Below are positions 38,534 through 48,268 of a DNA stretch of 64,000 nt, one piece after another; the stretch's first letter is position 1, and the number at the start of each line of letters is the position of its first letter. Position numbers and translations under genes: made by a program. This stretch comes from an uncultured virus (IMG/VR IMGVR_UViG_3300038954_000199). Taxonomy: Duplodnaviria; Heunggongvirae; Uroviricota; Caudoviricetes. The stretch is taken from the IMG/VR virus record IMGVR_UViG_3300038954_000199, one strand, 5' to 3'. The notes under the pieces were generated by a model. The model searched no databases, was not told where the DNA came from, and saw nothing but the letters and a program-made list of their open reading frames with translations.

Positions 38534-39337
38534 ATGAAAGATATTTTTACACTTAAAGCCGGTCTTGTTATTTCTCAAGATGAGACTCCTTTGGGTAATC
38601 CTAAAGATGTTATGAGAGAACGGGCACCTTCGAAATTCCCGTATGAAGAATATACCTTAACCGGACCAGAAGATGCTCGGACAATTGTTCCTACTTTAAA
38701 TGCTCTTAAAGAAGCACATGATAAAGTTAAAACTATAGAAACCGAGGCTAAAGAAATCCGTAAACAAGCGGAAGACAAAATAAGAGAATACCAAAAACAA
38801 GAAGGTCTAACGGAACTGCAACAAAAGATGACTGGGTTTTCTGAAAAATTAATAAATGAAGTAGAAGACGTATCGGAGACCATTGGAGATTCTATTTTAG
38901 AACACCATGGTGTTCTTATGGCGGTTCATGATGTGATAAAAAAGGGGACAGTTAAAAATGATGAGGCAGAACAAAAATTAATTGAAGTTATGTCTAAATA
39001 TGTTGAAGAAGATGTGGCAAACAAAATTCTTAAAGAAGCAAATCAAGCGGTAGATGATTTGAAGAAATCTAGGGAACAAGTTAAAAAACAACTTAGTGTT
39101 TGGCCCGCACCAAAAGACATTAGAAAAAAGGTTAAACAGGAAGTTCCTGCTTATAAAACGTCTGGAATATGGGATAAGGTAAAAGAGATCGCATCTAAAT
39201 TATGGGAATCCTTTAAGAATCTTATTAGTTCTGTATCTGATAATCTGTCATCTCTTGTATCTACTATTGATCAATCAGATCCTTTGGTAGCTGATATGAA
39301 GGGAGTTTTATCAGAAATAGGTCAACCAATTAAGTAA
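38534..39337 (+). CDS. Coiled-coil hypothetical protein
   Basis: GAAAGGA SD; heptad-rich sequence. Confidence 0.6.
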   Translation: MKDIFTLKAGLVISQDETPLGNPKDVMRERAPSKFPYEEYTLTGPEDARTIVPTLNALKEAHDKVKTIETEAKEIRKQAEDKIREYQKQEGLTELQQKMTGFSEKLINEVEDVSETIGDSILEHHGVLMAVHDVIKKGTVKNDEAEQKLIEVMSKYVEEDVANKILKEANQAVDDLKKSREQVKKQLSVWPAPKDIRKKVKQEVPAYKTSGIWDKVKEIASKLWESFKNLISSVSDNLSSLVSTIDQSDPLVADMKGVLSEIGQPIK

Positions 39338-39347
39338 CGGAGTTGTT

Positions 39348-39644
39348 ATGATTTACATTTATACTGGGGATGAGCAAAAGTGTCGGCAAATTAACTATTG
39401 GGAATGTCCTGCATGTGGAAGTTTATTTGAATTTGTTGATGGACATTATGAGTTTTCCAATACTTTAGATGATTATGTTTATGTATGTCCAAGACACGAA
39501 CAGTTTAGCTGTGATGAAGAAATTTTTATACAGAATTCTCTAGAAAAAGCAAAAAATCATAATCGAGGTAGAATCTCTAAAAATGGGAAGGACATTAAGA
39601 TTTCTAAACTTGAGGAGATGGAAAAATGCCAGAATTCGAAATAA
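39348..39644 (+). CDS. Zinc-finger protein
   Basis: CPACG...CPRH. Confidence 0.6.
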   Translation: MIYIYTGDEQKCRQINYWECPACGSLFEFVDGHYEFSNTLDDYVYVCPRHEQFSCDEEIFIQNSLEKAKNHNRGRISKNGKDIKISKLEEMEKCQNSK

Positions 39645-39877
39645 CTGGTGATTTATTAACTGATGTTCAAAATGCGATTGATAATAATGCTGTTGTTCAT
39701 ATTAGTTATACAGATAGAAAAGGTAATATGTCTGATAGACAGATTGCTCCTCTTGAAATAAGAGGTGACCGATTATATGGATGGGATTTGTCAAAAAACG
39801 GATTACGGTTATTTATTTTGGATCAAATTGATTCTTATGAGGTCCTAGATGAAACATTTGATCCGGATTCATTTTAA
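39626..39877 (+). CDS. Stand-alone WYL-domain protein
   Basis: VHISYTDRKGNMSDRQIAPLEI...LYGWDLSKNGLRLFILDQI. Confidence 0.8.
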   Translation: MPEFEITGDLLTDVQNAIDNNAVVHISYTDRKGNMSDRQIAPLEIRGDRLYGWDLSKNGLRLFILDQIDSYEVLDETFDPDSF

Positions 39878-39895
39878 TTTAGAAAGGCGGTAATT

Positions 39896-40159
39896 ATGAT
39901 GATTAAACGTGGAACAGGAACACTTAAAGAAGAGATTCAGGTTGAAAAAAACAGATCTACCAACAAAACAAAAGTATCATCAAAATCTTTGGGTGCTAAC
40001 AGTCAGGAAAAGAAAAAAGATCAGTCGGTAGAGGAACCTGTTAAGGAACCTGTTAAGGAACCTGTTAAGGAACCTGTTAAGGAACCTGTTAAGGAACCTG
40101 TTAAGGAACCAGAAAAACCTAAAGTAAGGGAAAAGGCCGATGGCGAACCTCTTATATAA
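39896..40159 (+). CDS. Small protein with (EPVK)6 repeat
   Basis: ORF with SD. Confidence 0.55.
   Translation: MMIKRGTGTLKEEIQVEKNRSTNKTKVSSKSLGANSQEKKKDQSVEEPVKEPVKEPVKEPVKEPVKEPVKEPEKPKVREKADGEPLI
40034..40105 (+). repeat. Perfect tandem repeat, GAACCTGTTAAG x6
   Basis: Read directly from the sequence. Confidence 0.95.
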
Positions 40160-40508
40160 TCAGGTTGAGGAGATGACGAAGAGGATGTCTAAAATGGCAT
40201 CCTCTGGTGTCGATCCTGCGGAAGTAAAACAATACTTGAATTGTGCTATAAAACTTGCTCGACGGGTAGAAGCGCAAAAATCCGTTACGGGGTTTTTAGG
40301 AGGTAGTCTAACAGAAATAATTGAGCAAGTATTAAATATAGCTACACCCTTAGCATCAATGTCTGGTGATTTTGAGCTCTCTAATCTGTTAGGAAGTTTA
40401 AAAGTTTGGTTGGATAAGAAAAAGGCCGAAAAAGCGCAACAGACACAGCAACAAGAAGATATGTTTAATCAAGGTTACAGTGACCTTAATTTTACATATG
40501 CCTTTTAA
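40140..40508 (+). CDS. Hypothetical protein
   Basis: ORF overlapping previous gene. Confidence 0.55.
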   Translation: MANLLYNQVEEMTKRMSKMASSGVDPAEVKQYLNCAIKLARRVEAQKSVTGFLGGSLTEIIEQVLNIATPLASMSGDFELSNLLGSLKVWLDKKKAEKAQQTQQQEDMFNQGYSDLNFTYAF

Positions 40509-40543
40509 AATTTTAACGCTTTTTATAAAAGTTCAGTCTTTTT

Positions 40544-40562
40544 CTTATATATTCAGATTAAT
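40544..40562 (+). promoter_or_regulatory. Putative late promoter motif, copy 2
   Basis: CTTATATATTCAGATTAAT upstream of the protease-scaffold-capsid block. Confidence 0.5.
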
Positions 40563-40607
40563 ATCGTAATTTATGTAGAAAGGCATCCTAAGTTTTAAGG
40601 ATATTTA

Positions 40608-41903
40608 ATGCTAGTTCGTTACGGGTCTTCAAAAATACTAAAAGTTTCTACCACTTTAAGTGGCTTAGACACGTTTTATAGGGCGGGTCTTGTTAAACGA
40701 TCCTCTAAGAATTTAGAGAGTCTTGATTTAGATCCGGAGAATAATGTTTACTTACGTAATCGAGCTGTTTCGGCATTGGAGATTCATGGGCCTAACCAGA
40801 ATTGGGATGCTTTTGAGTATGACGAGTTATCTAATACGTACACTACATTTATTGGTAATCCTATTTCTGTTGATCATGTCGGTGAAAATAGAATAGGTAT
40901 TGTTATTGATTCTGAATTTATTCCTTGTCATCCTCTTAACGAATCGTTAGGTATACCTGTAATGCCTTTTGAAGCAACACTTAAATCTTTAAATAGTTTA
41001 TGTAGGACTAAAGATACGTTTAGCAGAGTATATGAGTTTGCCAGCAAGGCAAACCTTGTTCGTGGTAGTGACGAAAAGCGTATTATTGAGTCGGTTGCAA
41101 AGGCTATGACTAATACAGGTTGGGTAGAAAATATTTGGGCGGTAGATAAAGATTTGGCGGAATCACACAGAACAGGCTTAGTTGACGCTATACTTAGAAA
41201 TGAAATTACAGATACGTCAATGGGGGCTGCTGTTGAAGCATCAATATGTTCTGCTTGTGGACACATAGCTACCGGTGAATTACCCGAACATGAAGATTTC
41301 TGTGATTGTATACGGCTACACAAAGGTTCTCCTATATCTATCGAGGGGGCTGTTGTGATACCTTTTGAGATAAACAGGGACTTTGAATTTTTTGAAGATT
41401 CTCTTATACTTCCCTTCAAGTTTGGTGGCCAAGCTGGAGGTGAGGGTGCTGATAAGGACGCAAAATTATTAGAATCTTTTGGGTCTAAAAAAGCGTACAT
41501 TGAAACGAGTCCTCAAAACCATCTTACTCAGGATCAACCAGATCGGTATGCTTTGGTTGGTGACATGCCTGAAAATGTGAGAGAACATAAAGATGAATTT
41601 CTTTCTGAAAAACGGGAAGAAATGAAGGAATTTGTTGAAGAGCAATCAGCACCAGGAAATTTTCCTGAAGGAACTATTATATCTATAATGTATGAAGATG
41701 ACGAAGTGAGTGCTGTGGTAGTAGATGAATATGAAGATGGGACTTTAAACATTGCTATTGATGATCTTGATGAGCCTTTAGAAATATCGACAGAAGAGGT
41801 ATTAGAAGTTATTACTTATCCGGAAGAGATGTCTTATAAAGACCGTCTTAGTGTGACGGATATCAATACATATGAGATGACTCCGGAATCCAGAGGTGCG
41901 TAA
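40608..41903 (+). CDS. Prohead maturation protease with zinc ribbon and acidic C-terminal extension
   Basis: PNQNWDAF, TFIGNPISVDH, TSMG..V...ICSACG...C, FEIN...FFEDS; upstream of scaffold and capsid. Confidence 0.7.
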   Translation: MLVRYGSSKILKVSTTLSGLDTFYRAGLVKRSSKNLESLDLDPENNVYLRNRAVSALEIHGPNQNWDAFEYDELSNTYTTFIGNPISVDHVGENRIGIVIDSEFIPCHPLNESLGIPVMPFEATLKSLNSLCRTKDTFSRVYEFASKANLVRGSDEKRIIESVAKAMTNTGWVENIWAVDKDLAESHRTGLVDAILRNEITDTSMGAAVEASICSACGHIATGELPEHEDFCDCIRLHKGSPISIEGAVVIPFEINRDFEFFEDSLILPFKFGGQAGGEGADKDAKLLESFGSKKAYIETSPQNHLTQDQPDRYALVGDMPENVREHKDEFLSEKREEMKEFVEEQSAPGNFPEGTIISIMYEDDEVSAVVVDEYEDGTLNIAIDDLDEPLEISTEEVLEVITYPEEMSYKDRLSVTDINTYEMTPESRGA

Positions 41904-41921
41904 ATAAAACAAGGAGATTGT

Positions 41922-43814
41922 ATGAAAAATAAACGTCTTTTGTCTAACCTTGACAGAGTTGGTAAACTTTTGTCTGCCGCCGGAAAAAGGGGTAGACTGG
42001 CTCCAGTTACAGCTAATGTGTGTAGAAAAGTTCTTAAAGATGCTACGAAAGAACTGTTTTCTATAAAATCGTCTATACTTAAAGAATCAAAAAAGTTGTC
42101 TACAAAAAAAGCAGCTCTTGATAAAAGTATAAAAGAATCTCTTATTGATAAAAAGGAAGGTTTTAACGAATCCCGCCATGTTTCCAAAGCGGCTATTAAA
42201 TATCGTGTTAGGCAAAAACAAGTTCAAGCGTCTATTGATGCTGTTAAGCGATTGGCTTCTGAAATAAATAATCTAGACTCAGGGAACTCTAAAACCATGT
42301 CTAACCGTACAAAAAACAGAAGACTTTCGCTTTCCGATAAAAAGAGAATTGCAAAAAGATATAATCGTAAACGTGCTCAAGGGCCGGAAGTTTATGATAC
42401 TACTAAGAAAGCTCGGGCAAAGAGATTGTATCTTAAGGCGGCTTCTTTTCTTGAACAGTCAGAAAAAGAAAAAGATGTTAAGAAAAAAGCATCTCTTAAA
42501 AGGAGATCTGCTGTTATGGAGAAACTTGCTGATAATGTGATAAATACATCGAGCAAACCCTCCCGTAATTCTTCCAAGGTGTCTAAGTCTATTTCTGAAA
42601 GAATGAAACAACGTATTGCACAAAGACGTAAAGCTAGGAAACAAAACAAAACAATGTCTATAAATAAATCTTCAGCGGATGTTAAAGCAATGTATTCGGT
42701 TGATGATTCTGTGCTATTACCTGATGGAGTTGTTGGTAAAATTAATTGTGTTGATAATGACAAACTTACTGTTTCCATTGCGGGAGTAGATAAAGAGGTT
42801 ATGGCAGACACAGTTAAAAAGATATCAGATTATAATAAAGATAAGAAAGAAACAGATAAAAAAGAAAAAGATAAGAAAGAAAAAAACATGAGTATTGCTG
42901 ATAAAGTTAAGGCTGCTACAGAAATTATTCGTAGTGGTAGTAAGAAAAAAGCAGATGCACCTGTTGCAGTAGTAGAGGATGCTCCGGAAGAAACTCAAGA
43001 GATGTCTGAGGAATCTGTTGGGGATACTGTTAGTCAAACCGATAACAAAACCATTAATTATGTAGACGGTTTGGGTTGGACGGTTAATAACACGGATAAT
43101 GAAGTGATTAACTTTGGAGAAGACAAAGAAGCTGCGGAATCCTATGTTAAACAAGCAGGTATTCTTGATAGTGCCGATATGTCTGAACCAGAAGGGCGAG
43201 AAAACCTTCAAAAGAAAATGAAAGGTTTAACGCAGAAATCTAAAGATTATGGTACGACTTCTAAAGATCAGGAAGTTAATCCTCAAACATCTATGGTTTC
43301 TAAAGCTACTTCTATGACAAAAGATTCTCCGGTTGATTCTGCTACGAACAAAGCACCAGAAGACCAACGAGATATTCAAAAGACTCTTAAAGGTCTTGAT
43401 CAGAAGTCTATGGATTACGGTGTTACATCAAAAGAACAAGAAGCGGATCCTCAATTAAGTGTGTATGCCAGAAAAAACAGAATTCTGGCAGATGCAAATA
43501 AAAAGATGAATGAGCGACTAGCCATAGTAGAGGCTAAGTTGTTGGTAGACCGTGCAGTTAAAGTAGGTACAATTTCCGAAGAACAACGGTCAGACCAAGA
43601 GAGAGTATTGTCTGAGCTGCATCTTAACAGTCCAGCAGAATTTAAGGCTTTTAGTAGGTTGGTGGAAACACAAGAAAAAAACAGTAGCACTGTGTCTGTG
43701 GCCTCTAGGAAAGTTCGCAAAGTGAAAAATTCGCTGGAAAATCGTAAATCAGTGATCGTTGATCCAAGTGATACAATTCAAACCTTGGATACCGGTAACT
43801 TTTTTGACGAATAA
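41922..43814 (+). CDS. Scaffold/head-assembly protein
   Basis: Basic coiled-coil N-terminus, internal repeat (KGL.QKS.DYG.TSK.QE..PQ.S twice), helical C-terminus ending FFDE; position. Confidence 0.55.
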   Translation: MKNKRLLSNLDRVGKLLSAAGKRGRLAPVTANVCRKVLKDATKELFSIKSSILKESKKLSTKKAALDKSIKESLIDKKEGFNESRHVSKAAIKYRVRQKQVQASIDAVKRLASEINNLDSGNSKTMSNRTKNRRLSLSDKKRIAKRYNRKRAQGPEVYDTTKKARAKRLYLKAASFLEQSEKEKDVKKKASLKRRSAVMEKLADNVINTSSKPSRNSSKVSKSISERMKQRIAQRRKARKQNKTMSINKSSADVKAMYSVDDSVLLPDGVVGKINCVDNDKLTVSIAGVDKEVMADTVKKISDYNKDKKETDKKEKDKKEKNMSIADKVKAATEIIRSGSKKKADAPVAVVEDAPEETQEMSEESVGDTVSQTDNKTINYVDGLGWTVNNTDNEVINFGEDKEAAESYVKQAGILDSADMSEPEGRENLQKKMKGLTQKSKDYGTTSKDQEVNPQTSMVSKATSMTKDSPVDSATNKAPEDQRDIQKTLKGLDQKSMDYGVTSKEQEADPQLSVYARKNRILADANKKMNERLAIVEAKLLVDRAVKVGTISEEQRSDQERVLSELHLNSPAEFKAFSRLVETQEKNSSTVSVASRKVRKVKNSLENRKSVIVDPSDTIQTLDTGNFFDE

Positions 43815-43840
43815 CAACAATTAAATAATGGAGGTTTTTT

Positions 43841-44260
43841 ATGGCTCTTAACAGAACAAAACAGTTTTCGCTGAAGAATGGGGAATGGCTTGGTAGTATT
43901 GTTGCCCATCAGAGTGGTTATTCCGGTGGTATGCCTGCACGTGTTAACACGGATGGTGAAATTGCCCGTGCGTATAGTGATACCGGCTATGTTGGTATTT
44001 ACGCAAATGGGTCTGATGTAGATCCAAGTGGTGATGCCGTTACTTTTTATGCTGGTCCTGGTATTTTTACGCTTGAAAAAGGTGCCGATGAATCTGCGTA
44101 TCCTTACGATGAAGACCAGACTTATGATGAAGGTGATAGTGTGGGTATTTTAGCCGGTGAATGGACCAATACTGGTTACACAACTGCACGTGCTCGTGTT
44201 ATGAGTGTTGGTAGCGTTTCTGGTGGAAAGACTAGTTCTGTCACACTTCTATTTCTGTAA
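43841..44260 (+). CDS. Capsid decoration/cement-like protein
   Basis: Small Gly-rich beta protein directly before the capsid gene; strong GGAGG SD. Confidence 0.55.
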   Translation: MALNRTKQFSLKNGEWLGSIVAHQSGYSGGMPARVNTDGEIARAYSDTGYVGIYANGSDVDPSGDAVTFYAGPGIFTLEKGADESAYPYDEDQTYDEGDSVGILAGEWTNTGYTTARARVMSVGSVSGGKTSSVTLLFL

Positions 44261-44273
44261 TTAATTTAACGTT

Positions 44274-44328
44274 GTGGGGAAGATATTCTTCCCCACTTTG
44301 TAAGTTACCTGAACCGAAATCGGCAGGT
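44274..44328 (+). other. Two RNA hairpins in the capsid gene leader
   Basis: GTGGGGAAGA-TAT-TCTTCCCCAC-TTT, then ACCTG..CCGA-AA-TCGG-CAGGT. Confidence 0.6.
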
Positions 44329-44360
44329 TAAACATAAACTAAAACTATGGAGGTTTTTTA

Positions 44361-45254
44361 ATGATCACTAAACAAGCATCTATGAAAAGAGAAGCTGCCA
44401 AGGCTTCTATGATGCGAAAAGAAGCCGATTTGCAAGCGGCTATGAAGTCTCCTACAGGTCTTCATAAAATCGCTGCGAATTTAGCTTCTCCTGTTCGCAA
44501 GTATCTCGATTACATTGGCATTTTCCGTAAGTTTGCGGTTTCCGAAGGCTGGCCGGATGGAATGCCTATGATCTATGACAACGATATCGATGAGTTTACC
44601 GCCGTCAAAATAGGCGCGAATGGTACAACTCGTATCGTTGAAGTTGAAGTTGAAAGAACCGAACTAACAGAGTTCGAAATTCTGGTACGTCCTAAAGTTC
44701 CATATGCCGAACTTTACAAAAGATTGTATCAGGTGATGAAGCGTGTTAAAGAACGTCTTGAGCAGGGTATGGCTCTTCGCGAAGACCTGTACGGCTTTTC
44801 TCTTCTTGAAACTGCTTCTCAGCAAGTTAATACAACGATTGCCATTTCTACTTATTTAACTAAAGACGCTCTTGCCAGAGCATTTACTCAGGTAGAACAG
44901 CATCGTCTGCGTGTTAAATCTATTCTTATGAGTCCTTATGGTATCCAGGGTATTCGCCGTTGGCAGTACGAAGATATTGATAATACGGCTCGTGAAGAAA
45001 TTCGTAAATCCGGTTATCTTGGAAGCATCTGGGATGCTGATATTTACATTAACGACCAGGTTACAAGTGGTACGTTCTACATTATTGCAGAACCTGAATT
45101 TACTGCTTGGATGCCTATTCGTCGTGATGTCGATGTTATTCCTGCTGATGATCCTGATAACGTCCTGCTTGGTTTTGTTGGGTACGAGCTTCTTGGAATG
45201 ACCGTACACAATGGCAAAGCAGTTGCGAAGGGTACATTTAACACTTCCGGTTAA
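44361..45254 (+). CDS. Major capsid protein (HK97-type fold inferred)
   Basis: PVRKYLDYIGIFRK...IYD; GYLGSIWDADI; LGFVGYELLGM; strong SD; terminator follows. Confidence 0.8.
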   Translation: MITKQASMKREAAKASMMRKEADLQAAMKSPTGLHKIAANLASPVRKYLDYIGIFRKFAVSEGWPDGMPMIYDNDIDEFTAVKIGANGTTRIVEVEVERTELTEFEILVRPKVPYAELYKRLYQVMKRVKERLEQGMALREDLYGFSLLETASQQVNTTIAISTYLTKDALARAFTQVEQHRLRVKSILMSPYGIQGIRRWQYEDIDNTAREEIRKSGYLGSIWDADIYINDQVTSGTFYIIAEPEFTAWMPIRRDVDVIPADDPDNVLLGFVGYELLGMTVHNGKAVAKGTFNTSG

Positions 45255-45272
45255 TGGCATCCTTTCATATAT

Positions 45273-45315
45273 AAGGTGGGGGATAGACATTAAGTTGTAT
45301 TCCCCGCCTTTCTTT
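45273..45315 (+). terminator. Intrinsic terminator after the capsid gene
   Basis: AAGGTGGGGGA...TTCCCCGCCTT followed by T-rich tail. Confidence 0.65.
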
Positions 45316-45343
45316 ACCAATAACTTTATAGGAGGATTTTACA

Positions 45344-45955
45344 ATGAAGAGTACGAAAAAAGACAATGATCAAACTACGAATCAACCGTATACGATTGAT
45401 TCTGACAAGCTTGATGAAAAGCTTGAAAAAGATCGAAATCTTCAAAAACAATTAGAAGATCGGGTTAAAACCCCAGCGTCTGGCAATCCGCAAGCTACGG
45501 TGGTAGATCCATTTACACCGAATGTTATTCCCCGTTATACTATTGTTCAAAACCGATCAGATAAGTTTTTAGTTATTCCGGATATGAAAACAACAGATGA
45601 AGACATGGGTCTTGTCTTTAATCCTGGAGAAGTTGTTGTTTTAACAGATTTTTACAGTCCTCAGCAGATTAACCGGTCTAAGGGATTACGACACGCAGCT
45701 ACTATTATGAAAGGTGTTGGTGGGAATCCTATGTTGGTTCCTTTAGATTCTGAAGAAGACGCTAAAGAGTTTAAGGTTCCTAAGAAAAAGACGTATGCAA
45801 AGGGTACTACTTTTGAAGACCATGAACCAAATGATTTTGATGATAGATTTTATGAACTGGAACAAAGAGAAGCTAAAAGAGAAGAAAAGCTTCTTAGAAA
45901 AACTTTAGGACACAGAAAAACCAAGAAACACGGTTCTGCTCCCGCTAAAGTTTAG
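45344..45955 (+). CDS. Hypothetical protein
   Basis: AGGAGG SD. Confidence 0.65.
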   Translation: MKSTKKDNDQTTNQPYTIDSDKLDEKLEKDRNLQKQLEDRVKTPASGNPQATVVDPFTPNVIPRYTIVQNRSDKFLVIPDMKTTDEDMGLVFNPGEVVVLTDFYSPQQINRSKGLRHAATIMKGVGGNPMLVPLDSEEDAKEFKVPKKKTYAKGTTFEDHEPNDFDDRFYELEQREAKREEKLLRKTLGHRKTKKHGSAPAKV

Positions 45956-45982
45956 TTCTGGTTTTTTCTTTGATAAACTAAT

Positions 45983-46011
45983 AAGGGGCAGTTTTCGTGA
46001 CTGCCCTTTTT
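45983..46011 (+). terminator. Intrinsic terminator
   Basis: AAGGGGCAGT...ACTGCCCTTTTT. Confidence 0.75.
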
Positions 46012-46028
46012 AACTATGGGTTTAAATT

Positions 46029-46751
46029 ATGCTTAAATTTAGTGATAGTAAACCATCAGCAGATATTGCGTACCTTTCAAGTGCTATTACTAAAGAAGCA
46101 CTGACAAATAAATTTCAAGATTTATTTGGTAGAGACCCGGTGTACGAAGATCCTGATAGTCCCATGAAGGTAACAGATACAAGGGTACCTACTATGATCT
46201 CTAACACGGTTGATCCTCAAATAGCAACCATGCTTAGAGCATCGGCGGTCGAAGATACTCCTAATGCTTCCGGCGAAATAGAAGATGTTGATAATGCTAC
46301 CTTGCTATATACATTGAAAGATACTGAACCGGCACAAATATCTTTAGAGGCTATTTCAGAATACAAAGAACTCGATAGTTCCGCAGTAGACTCTACCCTT
46401 TCTGCAATATCTGAAACAGATGAAATAAATATAGAACAGGGTGTTGCATATTTATCCCCTCAAGAATCAACCATTCAAATTGGTATATTTGTAGACAATA
46501 CTGATTTTGCTGAGGAGTTTCAATATAGATTAGAAAATTCAGGAGGTGATGAGTTATCTCCGGAAGAAAAAGAGTCTGTTTTTACGTCCTTATATGAAGA
46601 CCTTCCTGGTGGGGATAATGTGTTGGTAGAAGGCGTAAGAACGGATTTACTTAAAGTTGTTGGTCTTACAAGCGCATTATCTGAGGATCAACAAGCTGAA
46701 GGAAATGAGGCTCCAGGACCGGAACCGGTGGTAGAAGAACCTGAAAAATAG
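46029..46751 (+). CDS. Acidic hypothetical protein
   Basis: ORF; ITKEA motif near N-terminus. Confidence 0.6.
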   Translation: MLKFSDSKPSADIAYLSSAITKEALTNKFQDLFGRDPVYEDPDSPMKVTDTRVPTMISNTVDPQIATMLRASAVEDTPNASGEIEDVDNATLLYTLKDTEPAQISLEAISEYKELDSSAVDSTLSAISETDEINIEQGVAYLSPQESTIQIGIFVDNTDFAEEFQYRLENSGGDELSPEEKESVFTSLYEDLPGGDNVLVEGVRTDLLKVVGLTSALSEDQQAEGNEAPGPEPVVEEPEK

Positions 46752-46787
46752 AATAATTGTTTATACTATTTCTAGAAAGGACATATT

Positions 46788-48074
46788 ATGAACCATCTAA
46801 AAAATCGATCAGTAATTAATCTCGTTAAAAAGGCAATTAGAGCGGGAAACAAGAATCCGAGCATTCAGCAATTATCAACATTGGCTACTGCTTTAGGTGA
46901 TTTGGAAGCACAGTCTTTTTTACGTAGAGCATCTACTAAAGAACTGTCGCAAGTAAAGACTTGTATTGCGGTTGTAAATGGATCTGCTCCTGAAAGAGTT
47001 TCGGATCAAATTGGGAACTATTTTGGTCTTGATGGAAAAGAAACGGAAATAAAATCTGAAGGTCAGGATAAGATGTACTCGGTTGAAAAATCTGAAAAGA
47101 CAACGGATGATCAAAAGAGTATTACAGAACGTAAGAAGGTTACGATGGAAGAAAAACATCCTGAAACGTCTGATAGAAAAACTGATAAAGGATCTGTTTC
47201 GGAACCGCTAAAAGAAAAAGTTGACCCTAAGATTAAAAAAATTTTGGAAAGAGGAAAAAAAAGTATGAAAGTAAGTTCCAATAGCAAAAATAAAATAATA
47301 ACTGCGGGGTACTACGAGAATGAACTTTCTAGTGTTCTTCCTATAGGAATATATCCGGCTAAGATGCAATTACGATCAGAAAACGGATCTTCTAAGTGGC
47401 TTGATATTAACGAAGAATCTCTCTCGGCATTAGATTCTATAAAAGATCAATTATTACCAAAAGAAGAAACAAATGCTTCTAAGAAAATTGCTAGAGAAGA
47501 AGACAGCTATGAAGAAGGGGACGTTTCTGATGAGAATGATACTGATGAGAATGATACTAATGAAAATGAAGGTGATGAAGAGAGTACAATTGCTACTTGC
47601 TCTGTAGATTCTTGTGTTAATTATGATGAAGATAAAAAAGGAAATTGTGCATTAAACGAAGTCTTAATAAATTGGGATGATAAGAAAAAAGCGTACTGTT
47701 CTAATTACGAAAAACAAAAACAGGACAATAATGAGAATGAAGACAATGAAGAAGATATTGACTTATTTGCAAGCCGAATACAAAAAGGTGAAAACCCAAA
47801 AAGTGTTTTAAGTTCTTTTGTATCTTTTATAACAGGGAAAAAGGAATCTACTAAAAAAACGGTTTCGCGTAATAAAAAAGCAGCCGAGGTGCAACCGGGT
47901 GAATCGGTCCAAATTAAAGATGAGACCGGAAATCCAGTTAATGTTACAGTTGATTCTGTTAGCCCAATGGCAGGATCAAGTGATCAGGCTTTAATTGGTA
48001 GGACAGAAACCGGGGAATCTGTCGTTGTTCCCGGCGGAACGGAAGTTGTTCAAACAACAGAAATGACCGTGTAA
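46788..48074 (+). CDS. Mosaic protein with Cys-rich (DUF1540-like) module
   Basis: Linkers KIITA, ASKKIA, NKKAA; CSVDSCVNY...C...CSNY; 15-nt tandem repeat at 47527-47556. Confidence 0.6.
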   Translation: MNHLKNRSVINLVKKAIRAGNKNPSIQQLSTLATALGDLEAQSFLRRASTKELSQVKTCIAVVNGSAPERVSDQIGNYFGLDGKETEIKSEGQDKMYSVEKSEKTTDDQKSITERKKVTMEEKHPETSDRKTDKGSVSEPLKEKVDPKIKKILERGKKSMKVSSNSKNKIITAGYYENELSSVLPIGIYPAKMQLRSENGSSKWLDINEESLSALDSIKDQLLPKEETNASKKIAREEDSYEEGDVSDENDTDENDTNENEGDEESTIATCSVDSCVNYDEDKKGNCALNEVLINWDDKKKAYCSNYEKQKQDNNENEDNEEDIDLFASRIQKGENPKSVLSSFVSFITGKKESTKKTVSRNKKAAEVQPGESVQIKDETGNPVNVTVDSVSPMAGSSDQALIGRTETGESVVVPGGTEVVQTTEMTV

Positions 48075-48256
48075 TGTTGTATGATGATTTAGATATTAAT
48101 TTAGATGAATTACAAGATTATTCTCTTGAACAGAGAAGAGAAAAACCAGGATTAACAACAGAAGAGGAAGAAAATATAGACTACCATAAAAGCTTAGTTG
48201 ATTTCAATCGGGCGAGCATTAATAAATTGGTAGAACTTGTAAAAAACTGTTTATAA
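48074..48256 (+). CDS. Hypothetical protein
   Basis: TAATG coupling. Confidence 0.5.
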   Translation: MLYDDLDINLDELQDYSLEQRREKPGLTTEEEENIDYHKSLVDFNRASINKLVELVKNCL

Positions 48257-48268
48257 AAAAGGGGGACT

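Noticed and set aside
40034..40105. CRISPR array
   Set aside because: The repeats are contiguous 12-mers without spacers and lie in a coding frame; no repeat-spacer array or cas gene was seen in the window.
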